Source of the DNA: Nostoc punctiforme PCC 73102
Lineage (GTDB): Bacteria; Cyanobacteriota; Cyanobacteriia; Cyanobacteriales; Nostocaceae
DNA: 32,000 nt
Assembly: GCF_000020025.1 (NCBI RefSeq)
Contig: NC_010628.1
Coordinates: 4,050,001 to 4,082,000, forward strand
Direction: 5' to 3'
The position numbers and the translations under genes were made by a program. Below the pieces are notes generated by a model. It made no database searches, was not told the DNA's origin, and saw only the letters and a list, made by a program, of their open reading frames with translations. Positions 17,901 through 23,242 of this stretch are shown piece after piece. Each line of letters starts with the position of its first letter. Position 1 is the stretch's first letter.

Positions 17901-18203
17901 CGTTTTACTGGTGTTACGAGTCGCCAGATAGAGCCTACCGCGATCGTCTTTGATGCCGTGTCCCGAAAAATACAGCAACAGCAAATCATCTTTGTGCCGA
18001 CCGGAGAACAGCGTTTCGATCGCAATTTCTACAATTTGTCGTTCAGGATTTTTTAGCAGGGTAATATCTGACGCAGCAAACCCGCCCATCTCGCTATGCA
18101 GCAGTACCTCACAAACTGCTTCCACATCTCTAACTGCACTGGGCAAAGGGTTCAGCCCTGGCTCATACTCACTGACCCCAATCAGCAACGCTACCTTCGC
18201 CAT
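14982..18203 (-). CDS. Orthocaspase (peptidase C14) / 8 x 57-aa repeats / putative TM / FGE-sulfatase (SUMF1-like) domain protein
   Basis: 1073 aa. Caspase domain, aa 1-~245: 'VALLIGVSEY', 'LLLLYFSGH82G', 'VVILDSC136FSG'. Repeats span aa ~252-748. The hydrophobic segment is 'WAGLGRVGLVTAVVGSEIF' (aa ~775-793). FGE-sulfatase motifs, aa ~842-1068: 'RLPSEAEWEYACRAG', 'GLCDMHGNVWEWCQD', 'LRGGSW', 'IGFRIVCA'. Confidence 0.92.
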   Translation of the reverse strand: MAKVALLIGVSEYEPGLNPLPSAVRDVEAVCEVLLHSEMGGFAASDITLLKNPERQIVEIAIETLFSGRHKDDLLLLYFSGHGIKDDRGRLYLATRNTSKTQQGELIRSTSVSANFIHDRMSESRSRRQVVILDSCFSGAFAEGMSAKDDGTIDIREQLGGEGRAVLTSSTSTQYSFEQEGQDLSIYTRFLIEGIKSGEADRDQDEFISIDELHEYASQKVREVQPAMKPEIYAIREGFKIRLAKVAPGDPRQRYRKKVARFIHRGEISLVGRRTLDYQRTRLGLETTEAKAVEDEVLEPYRNDFREKLQQYQQVFTELLERDETITDSDRHDLQNLQQILGLRNEDTMPIEAQVTARFKTHQQNLQAYQQAFTTALRQEFPLSTVSRDRLRQTQQQLELANGDIAAIESQITAEVEAYRQKLQDYQRLFFTATQQEYPLSEATRNDLRQQQQRLGLTDVDVAPIEAQITTQIESYHQKLQQYEQAFVKATQRQHYPDEVTRKQLQETWQTLGLSEGDVGAIERRINAEIETYQANLRQYEQEFREAVQQEYPLSSFKRSQLTQRHQALNLTAENVTAIENPIVAAIEEHRQKLQQYEEVFRESMQFEYPLSDATREELRRFQQVLELNDAEIAQLEAIIIQSSSESESRKQQERIRQEEAEKQRQQQEAVRLKQQEAEKQRQREEAEYGQKLQQYEQELTKTIEAGNSLDSDDVRQRLRQLQRTLGLKQTDITAIETRVVASQELIKSPIQQPRPAQPTQPTQERITRQKFLKWAGLGRVGLVTAVVGSEIFKGQSSKYIPVKLETFKFETVTVDEKGQVIKRDPTKQAKFFKEDLGNGITLEMVEILAGSFKMGSPPGETGHNPQHAVNVPAFFISKFEVTQEQYQQIMGSNPSNFKGAKRPVETVSWNDAVEFCKKLSQKTGREYRLPSEAEWEYACRAGTNTPFHFGETITTELANYDGNSTYASAPKGKYRQQTTEVGSFPPNAFGLCDMHGNVWEWCQDTWHDSYKGAPTDGSAWIDNDNEFQVLRGGSWDDSPEYCRSAYRGNDSRDYRFNDIGFRIVCAAGRILQ
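15960..17450 (-). repeat. Intragenic array of eight 171-nt (57-aa) coding repeats
   Basis: The anchor 'LQxY(Q/E)QxF' recurs at aa 309, 366, 423, 480, 537 and 594, an exact 57-aa spacing, and again at 692 after a charged insert. The unit pattern is LQxYxQxF-x7-(E/F)YPLS-x3-R-x2-L-x3-QQ-x-LGL-x3-D(V/I)-x2-IE-x-(Q/R)I-x6-(Y/H)-x2-(K/N). Copies are diverged at the DNA level. Confidence 0.85.
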
Positions 18204-18325
18204 TTAATTTACCTATGCTGCGATCAAATCCTATACGGCTTTAATCTCTGTATTGTTTCATTTATACCAAGTTTTAGAATATTATCTCTATCAACCGGAC
18301 TAGATTATAAGCAAAATTTAATCAA

Positions 18326-18354
18326 GCGTAGGCGTAGCCCGTCGTAGACATCGC
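18326..18354. repeat. Right arm of the perfect 29-bp inverted repeat
   Basis: It is the exact reverse complement of 14618-14646. It lies 123 nt upstream of the caspase start codon (18203, minus strand). Confidence 0.9.
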
Positions 18355-18419
18355 AACATAGAAAGAGACACTGCTAAATTACAGCAGTTTTCATATATTT
18401 GAATCACACCTGTCGTAAG

Positions 18420-18437
18420 GGCGCAAGGTCTTGCGCC
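18420..18437. repeat. Hairpin of the 'ctgtcgtaRGGG' dispersed repeat family
   Basis: 'ggcgcaa ggtc ttgcgcc' (7-bp stem) is preceded by 'cacctgtcgtaagg'. Compare 'catctgtcgtagggg' at 4585-4599. Confidence 0.55.
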
Positions 18438-18515
18438 TCTATCGCGTGGTCTATTTACTACGATTTAGTAGAGCATTTCATTAATCCATAGCAAATTAAA
18501 TTTGGCAATACCCTG

Positions 18516-18662
18516 CAATGTTAATGCATCGGCTGACAATGCCAATACATAGGGTAACAATACCAATGTATCGGGTAACAATGCCAATACATCGGTTGAC
18601 AATGCTAATGCATCGGGTAACAATGCCAATGCATCGGGTAACAATATTAATGCGTCCTTTTG
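18516..18662. repeat. 21-bp tandem repeat, about 7 units (consensus caatgccaatgcatcgggtaa)
   Basis: Units start at 18516, 18537, 18558, 18579, 18600, 18621 and 18642 (the last degenerate). Each unit has 1-4 substitutions. The array lies in the divergent region between the caspase gene and purN. Confidence 0.9.
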
Positions 18663-18693
18663 CATTAAACAAGCTACGCTTTTACACAAAAGT

Positions 18694-18717
18694 GTACGTA
18701 TTATATCTTTTTGGCAT
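18694..18717 (-). pseudogene. Relic duplicate of the ABC-permease 5' end (8 codons)
   Basis: The reverse complement 'atgccaaaaagatataatacgtac' reads MPKRYNTY, against the real permease 'atgccaaaaaaaatatatactac' reading MPKKIYTT. The frame closes shortly after. Confidence 0.6.
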
Positions 18718-18797
18718 CTATAATTTTCCCTTTTAGCTGTTATGACCCTCCGCCCTGATTCTACCCTGAGCTTGATTTCTCCCAGTATTAGCGATGT
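18694..18797. repeat. Right copy of the ~104-bp direct repeat (relic permease start plus real purN 5' end)
   Basis: See 14521-14624. This copy contains the purN ATG (18742) and a relic 'cat' (18715-18717) at the same 25-nt spacing seen in the left copy. Confidence 0.8.
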
Positions 18798-19395
18798 TCG
18801 CCAACAAGTCGCCCCTTTAAAGCTGGGAATTATGGCTTCTGGGAATGGCAGCAATTTTGATGTAGTTGCTCAAGCTATCCAAGATGGACAACTAAATGCC
18901 CAAATTCAAGTTTTAATTTACAATAATCCCTCGGCGAAAGCAGCCGTCAGAGCAGCTAATAGAGGTGTAGAAGCTGTTTTATTGAATCACCGCAACTATA
19001 AAATCCGAGAAGAGTTGGATGAGAAAATTGTGCAGACATTGCAGCACTACGATGTGGAATGGGTGATTTTGGCGGGTTGGATGCGATTGTTAACGTCAGT
19101 TTTCATTGATGCCTTTCCTGACAAAATTATTAATATCCATCCTAGTTTGTTACCTAGTTTCAAGGGAATCCATGCTGTAGAACAAGCCTTGGCATCTGGG
19201 GTAAAAATTACTGGTTGTACGGCGCATATCGCTTGTTTAGAAATGGACAGTGGCCCAATATTGATGCAAGCCGCAGTACCAGTATTGCCAGATGATACAG
19301 CAGAAACACTCCACGCCAGGATTCAAATTCAAGAACATCGAATTTTGCCGCTAGCGATCGCTCTGGCAGCTTCTTCGTCAAAGTCATTTTTTTAA
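18742..19395 (+). CDS. purN: Phosphoribosylglycinamide formyltransferase
   Basis: 217 aa with 'KLGIMASGNGSNF', 'ILAGWMRLL', 'IINIHPSLLPSFKG' and 'GCTAHIACLEMDSGPIL'. Start 18742 is the only in-frame ATG upstream of the first beta-strand, giving a ~25-aa N-terminal extension. Confidence 0.92.
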   Translation: MTLRPDSTLSLISPSISDVRQQVAPLKLGIMASGNGSNFDVVAQAIQDGQLNAQIQVLIYNNPSAKAAVRAANRGVEAVLLNHRNYKIREELDEKIVQTLQHYDVEWVILAGWMRLLTSVFIDAFPDKIINIHPSLLPSFKGIHAVEQALASGVKITGCTAHIACLEMDSGPILMQAAVPVLPDDTAETLHARIQIQEHRILPLAIALAASSSKSFF

Positions 19396-19520
19396 CGTAG
19401 ACGCAGAGGCACAGAGAAGCCAGTGCGTTGGGGAGACAGCGCCGTGGGCGGGTTTCCCGACTTGAGGCGACTGTCGTCGGGTTCCCCGACTTGTAGCAAC
19501 TGGCGCGACACAGAGAAAAG
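19396..19520. repeat. Cluster of small dispersed repeats downstream of purN
   Basis: 'cgtagacgcagaggcacagagaag' (19396-19419) has an inverted relative at 13549-13581. Two units 29 nt apart follow: 'gggtttcccgacttgaggcgactg' (19450-19473) and 'gggttccccgacttgtagcaactg' (19479-19502). Confidence 0.6.
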
Positions 19521-19600
19521 AAAGAGAAGGAAAAAATTGCTTAACTGAACTGTAGTGGTCTATAAATCAATACAGTTCAGATAAGAGCAAAACACTTGTA

Positions 19601-19623
19601 GAGACGGCGATTTATCGCGTCTC
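19601..19623. repeat. 'gagacg...cgtctc' hairpin repeat
   Basis: 'gagacggcga ttta tcgcgtctc' is preceded by 'cttgta'. It belongs to the same family as 10398-10423 and ~2505-2520. There is no flanking U-tract on either strand. Confidence 0.5.
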
Positions 19624-19720
19624 AAAACCCCAAAATTTTTGCCAGTAGCCCTTAAATGAACCGTATTGGTCTATAAGTAAGTTTTCGTAACGTGCATTAA
19701 TCCCTGGTTGTTGACAGTAT

Positions 19721-21139
19721 TTATGATTCATTATCAAACCACCAAGGGTCATTAGTCGCATTAGTTTTAATTAAAATAGCTTTTTTTCGCATGAACCGTT
19801 TCAGCGCTGCTGCACCCATGCGCGATCCTCCCATCCCAGAGAATTTGAAAGCGTTTTTCTCTCCCTCGTGCATGATGGCAGTGAGTGCAGCATCGTTGAT
19901 ACTAATAGCACCTGCTTCTATCTGCTGGGCAATTTCTAAGGCTTCAGCTTCCGAGGCAAAAACAGCAGCACTTAATCCATAAATTGAATCATTTGCTAAA
20001 GACACCGCTTCCTCAACTGTGGAAAAAGGCATTATTGGCATAATGGGGCCAAAAGTCTCTTCCGTCATCACTTTCATGGAATGATTAACCTGGGTAAGCA
20101 CTGTTGGACGACACCACCAACCCCCGCCTAAGTCTTCAATTACACCACCGCAGTGAATGACTGCTCCCTTTTCTACTGCATCTAGGAGATGATCGCTAAT
20201 AATTGCGGCTTGTCTTTCAGCGATGATGGGGCCAATTTCTCCACTTTCAACAGTGGGGTAGGCTAGCCCAAGGCGATGTGCTTTGGCTACTAGTTGATGG
20301 TAAAACTTTTCAAATATGGATTCAGCAACATAAATCCGCTCAATTGATAAGCACGACTGTCCAGTGTTGACGACGGAACCCCACAAGATTGCTGAGGTTG
20401 CTAATTCTAAATTGGCTGATTCTAAAACGATCGCAGGATCTTTTCCCCCTAACTCCAAAAAAGCTGGAATAAACCGTTTAGCAGCCGCTTCTGCCACTTT
20501 TCGCCCTGTTGCGACACTACCTGTAAAGCATACTAAGTCTACATTGTCAATCAAAATAGATCCGGTTGCGCCTGCTCCTTCAATAAAAGTTAAGACATCG
20601 CGCAATTTAGGGACGGCATTGAGTGCTGTTGTCATTGGTGCAACGAAGCGGGGAGCTATTTCACTGGGTTTGACAATGACGGCACAACCCGCCAACAATG
20701 CCGGAATGGTATCAATAGTTGAGAGCAACAGTGGAAAATTCCACGGGCTAATTATCCCAACTAGGGGGTAAGGAACGGATGTTTGTTGTAAGGCGATAAA
20801 TGGAATTGCTGTGTTTTTTGCAGAGTCTTGCAGCAATTCTGGTGCTAACCTACACCACCGATCGATGCTAGAGAGGAAAGAGTCTATTTCTAATATTGAG
20901 GTTGATAATCTTCCCGTATCATTTACCAGAGCTTCCGTTAAGCGATCGCGCTCTGATACTATCGCTGCCTTCCACTGCTGTAAAGCTTCGATTCTCCCCT
21001 CTAAACCCAGCTTTTGCCAGCTAACTTGCGCCCGGCGCGATCGCTTGCATTGCTGTGCTAGCAACCTTGGGGGTGGCGGGATAATTACGTAGTCAAATTT
21101 GCCAGTTCGGGGATTGCGGACTTCTATTGGTTTTGTCAT
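19721..21139 (-). CDS. NAD(P)-dependent aldehyde dehydrogenase
   Basis: 472 aa. Motifs are 'ISPWNFP', catalytic Glu 'FLELGGKDP', catalytic Cys 'NTGQSCLSIERIYV' and 'EETFGPIMPI'. Confidence 0.92.
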   Translation of the reverse strand: MTKPIEVRNPRTGKFDYVIIPPPPRLLAQQCKRSRRAQVSWQKLGLEGRIEALQQWKAAIVSERDRLTEALVNDTGRLSTSILEIDSFLSSIDRWCRLAPELLQDSAKNTAIPFIALQQTSVPYPLVGIISPWNFPLLLSTIDTIPALLAGCAVIVKPSEIAPRFVAPMTTALNAVPKLRDVLTFIEGAGATGSILIDNVDLVCFTGSVATGRKVAEAAAKRFIPAFLELGGKDPAIVLESANLELATSAILWGSVVNTGQSCLSIERIYVAESIFEKFYHQLVAKAHRLGLAYPTVESGEIGPIIAERQAAIISDHLLDAVEKGAVIHCGGVIEDLGGGWWCRPTVLTQVNHSMKVMTEETFGPIMPIMPFSTVEEAVSLANDSIYGLSAAVFASEAEALEIAQQIEAGAISINDAALTAIMHEGEKNAFKFSGMGGSRMGAAALKRFMRKKAILIKTNATNDPWWFDNES

Positions 21140-21182
21140 TTGTCATTGGTTATTGGTCATTAGTCATTTGTCATTGGTCAAT
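21134..21182. repeat. STRR-type heptamer tandem repeat (7 units; TTGGTCA/TTTGTCA family)
   Basis: The units are tgtcatt tgtcatt ggttatt ggtcatt agtcatt tgtcatt ggtcaat. The first unit contains the ALDH start codon (CAT 21137-21139). Confidence 0.85.
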
Positions 21183-21205
21183 AATTAATAGTTATTCTTC
21201 CCCTG

Positions 21206-21226
21206 CTCCCCATTCCCCATTCCCCA
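21206..21226. repeat. Heptamer tandem repeat (c/t)TCCCCA x3
   Basis: 'ctcccca ttcccca ttcccca' ends 2 nt from the C-N hydrolase stop codon (21229-21231). Confidence 0.75.
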
Positions 21227-21228
21227 AT

Positions 21229-22272
21229 TCAAATTATCCCCAGTTGGGCTAACCGATCAATTGTGGCTTGCTGGGTTTGCAAAAAGTGTTTACGGTCTAT
21301 TTCTCCCTCCAGCATAGTATTAGCTGGGTAAAAGTGTGATTGGTGATAACTTTCGGCGTATAGTTCAAAGCGTTGGCGGGCAAGTAAATTATGTAACCCC
21401 GGCCGGCGGCGATCGCGGCGTAAGGCTCCTAAATCAATCTCGGCAAATGCTGCCATGCTCTCGCCTGCACCTGTTTCGGCTAAAACGATTCCCCGATGGT
21501 CGATGATTTTAGAGCCACCATCAGCCGAAGCTATGGGGATGGCAATATTAGCGATGCCTGCGGTATTGGCTGAAACTACGTAAGCCATGTTTTCGACGGC
21601 GCGAGTGATTTTTGCCGCGTCTTTGGGAGTGAGGTTTTTGTTGTATACTTCCGAAGTGGAATGGACAAAAATCTCTGCTCCTCGCATCGCCAGACACCTT
21701 GCCACTTCTGGATATAAAATTTCTTCTGATGCTAAAGCTGCTAAATTACCGATCGCAGTTTTGGCTACAGGGAAAACTCCCTCTAAACCATAACAGTCAA
21801 GATATTTATCCCAAACATCATGGGGAGTGGGAGCAAATAAAGAATTTAGCCGCCGATACCGCAAGACGATTGAGCCGGAGGGGTCAAGAATAAAACAGGT
21901 TTGGAAGTACAATCCAGGAAAGTTGGGATCAACTTCGTAGGCGTTACCAGCTAAGAATATTTTATGTTTTTGGGCAATTTTACCCAGCGCCTCATACTCT
22001 GCACCAGCCATTTCTATACAGGCTTTTTCTGCCCATCCTGCGAGACTATCTCCCATTGGGAAACCCGTGAGGAAATATTCTGGCAGTACAATTAAACGAC
22101 AATCAAAGCCAATAAAAGCGATACTGGCAGCAATTTGTTGAGCTAGGCGGTTGATGGAGTTTTGCATGAGCGATCGCGCTTCGTGGCGATCGGTTGCTTG
22201 GTTGACTGCATGACAGGTAACTTGGAGTGCCAAGGCCCGGAATGAGTTGAGATTATCAGTATTATCTGCCAT
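21229..22272 (-). CDS. Carbon-nitrogen hydrolase (aliphatic amidase/formamidase-like branch) with non-canonical catalytic positions
   Basis: The ORF track extends to 22317. I prefer ATG 22272 (MADNTDNLNSF), which removes the overlap with the upstream gene. 'RLIVLPEYFLTGF' carries the catalytic Glu. 'IVLRYRRLNSLF' has Arg where Lys is expected. 'NLAALASEEILYPEVARCLAMRGAEI' has Ser where the nucleophile Cys is expected. 'NMAYVVSANTAG' is also present. Confidence 0.85.
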   Translation of the reverse strand: MADNTDNLNSFRALALQVTCHAVNQATDRHEARSLMQNSINRLAQQIAASIAFIGFDCRLIVLPEYFLTGFPMGDSLAGWAEKACIEMAGAEYEALGKIAQKHKIFLAGNAYEVDPNFPGLYFQTCFILDPSGSIVLRYRRLNSLFAPTPHDVWDKYLDCYGLEGVFPVAKTAIGNLAALASEEILYPEVARCLAMRGAEIFVHSTSEVYNKNLTPKDAAKITRAVENMAYVVSANTAGIANIAIPIASADGGSKIIDHRGIVLAETGAGESMAAFAEIDLGALRRDRRRPGLHNLLARQRFELYAESYHQSHFYPANTMLEGEIDRKHFLQTQQATIDRLAQLGII

Positions 22273-22297
22273 GCTGTATCCAAATTTTTTTACTACC

Positions 22298-23059
22298 TTA
22301 TAGAATACGATCGCCACCCCAGAGCGATCGCACTAATTTATCCGTCATTTCTGCCCCAAATAGCCGCACAGCAATTTGGTTGTCTGGGTCGCGTTCTGCA
22401 ACAGTACGGCGCACAAATAAGTCACGCTCAGATAAAGCATCCCGTTCTGATTCTGCTACTGGTTCAGCTTCATCTACCCAACCTAGCCAACGATCTATCA
22501 TCTCATGCGCTAGCGTGTGGATGCGAGCAAGTGTCTCTTCTGTAACTGGACTGGTGTAACACAAACTAGTATGAGATTGTACCTGACGGATATACAGCGT
22601 TTTGCTAATATACTGCTGAAAACGTGAATCTTTCAGGAACGCCAGATATGTCTGGTTCACAGGTTCGTAGTAACGATCCAAATAGTCGAGGTCAGTGAAT
22701 AGATCGGTGCGAGAGACGTAATCTATAAAAAAGAACAGTTCTGGAACCGTGGCAAAGACAATAGCCAAATGAGGAACATGAATCTGCGACTTGAGCCAAA
22801 CAGTTAGGTGCATATTGCAAAAGCCAGATTTAGGTTCGCGTAACCATGAATGCACAAGCCAATCAATTTCTGGACCAGAGAAGGTATTGACCGAGCCGTG
22901 CGCTTCTCCAATCAAGGCAGAGTATTTTTTAAAATTCTCGGTAGACGGATCTGAATGTAATTCAAAACGAGCGTCTATTTTCTCACGGAGTTCATTTGTC
23001 CAACCCCACAACTGCTCAAATAAGGCTGTATTGTCTACATTAATTTTCTGCTCAAGCAC
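22298..23059 (-). CDS. Red chlorophyll catabolite reductase (RCCR)-like protein, ferredoxin-dependent bilin reductase superfamily
   Basis: 253 aa. 'EIDWLVHSWL', 'VPHLAIVF', 'IDYVSRTDLFTDLDYLDRYYEP', 'LYIRQVQSHTSLCYTS' and the C-terminal 'ERDLFVRRTVAERDP...LFGAEMTDKLVRSLWGG' are colinear with my recollection of plant RCCR/ACD2 ('IDFVIGSWIH', 'APNFVVEL', 'LDLPHRKDLVLNPDYLKEYYQDT', '...FGEEVSSRVVHAIKEAFG'). Confidence 0.7.
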   Translation of the reverse strand: MLEQKINVDNTALFEQLWGWTNELREKIDARFELHSDPSTENFKKYSALIGEAHGSVNTFSGPEIDWLVHSWLREPKSGFCNMHLTVWLKSQIHVPHLAIVFATVPELFFFIDYVSRTDLFTDLDYLDRYYEPVNQTYLAFLKDSRFQQYISKTLYIRQVQSHTSLCYTSPVTEETLARIHTLAHEMIDRWLGWVDEAEPVAESERDALSERDLFVRRTVAERDPDNQIAVRLFGAEMTDKLVRSLWGGDRIL

Positions 23060-23242
23060 TGTTTGTACCCTTTTAGATCAGAATGCAAACAAACATAATA
23101 TAAAAGCAAAAAACCAGCATCTAGCTTCTGCCAGAATTCTTTCACTGAGCCAAAACAACTGTAAATGGCGTGGAATTATTGTTTGCTTCTCCTGTCTTTG
23201 GATAAACTTAATTTAAATCAAGAACTTCGGGTAGAAGAGAGA

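Noticed and set aside
12862-18203. Thermonuclease plus caspase as a two-gene nuclease/protease effector system
   Set aside because: The nuclease is a secreted lipoprotein on the opposite strand. It is separated from the caspase by a permease gene and by the insertion boundary, so it lies outside the inserted segment.
18516-18662. Possible CRISPR array
   Set aside because: The units are contiguous head-to-tail with no unique spacers. The unit is only 21 bp, and no cas genes are present in the window.
14625-18693. Searched the inserted segment for an integrase, transposase or recombinase that would make it an autonomous mobile element
   Set aside because: The only long ORF is the caspase gene. 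All other ORF-track entries here (14921-15133, 15438-15635, 15682-15915, 15816-16028, 16332-16520, 16521-16862, 17138-17326, 17412-17654, 17950-18207, 18096-18347) lie inside or antisense to it and look like composition artefacts.
18465-18854. 129-aa minus-strand ORF and the overlapping 72-aa plus-strand ORF (18518-18736), with heptad-like peptide repeats (LLPDALA... / MPIHRVT...)
   Set aside because: Both are read-through artefacts of the 21-bp tandem array, whose unit is a multiple of 3 nt. The minus ORF also overlaps the purN start. There is no RBS or family resemblance.
19791-21092. Plus-strand ORFs 19791-19982, 20364-20771 and 20811-21092
   Set aside because: They are nested antisense to the aldehyde dehydrogenase gene, whose catalytic motifs are intact. 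They are typical shadow ORFs.
22273-22317. Long N-terminal extensions given by the ORF track: hydrolase from 22317, vWA from 8678, NmrA-like from 23165, RCCR-like 2 from 25125
   Set aside because: Paralog or family alignment starts at the internal Met in each case: MADNTDN (also preserved in the duplicated relic), MMSDRDY, MSNFRDR and MTQQPSD. The extensions would overlap upstream genes or have non-protein-like composition.
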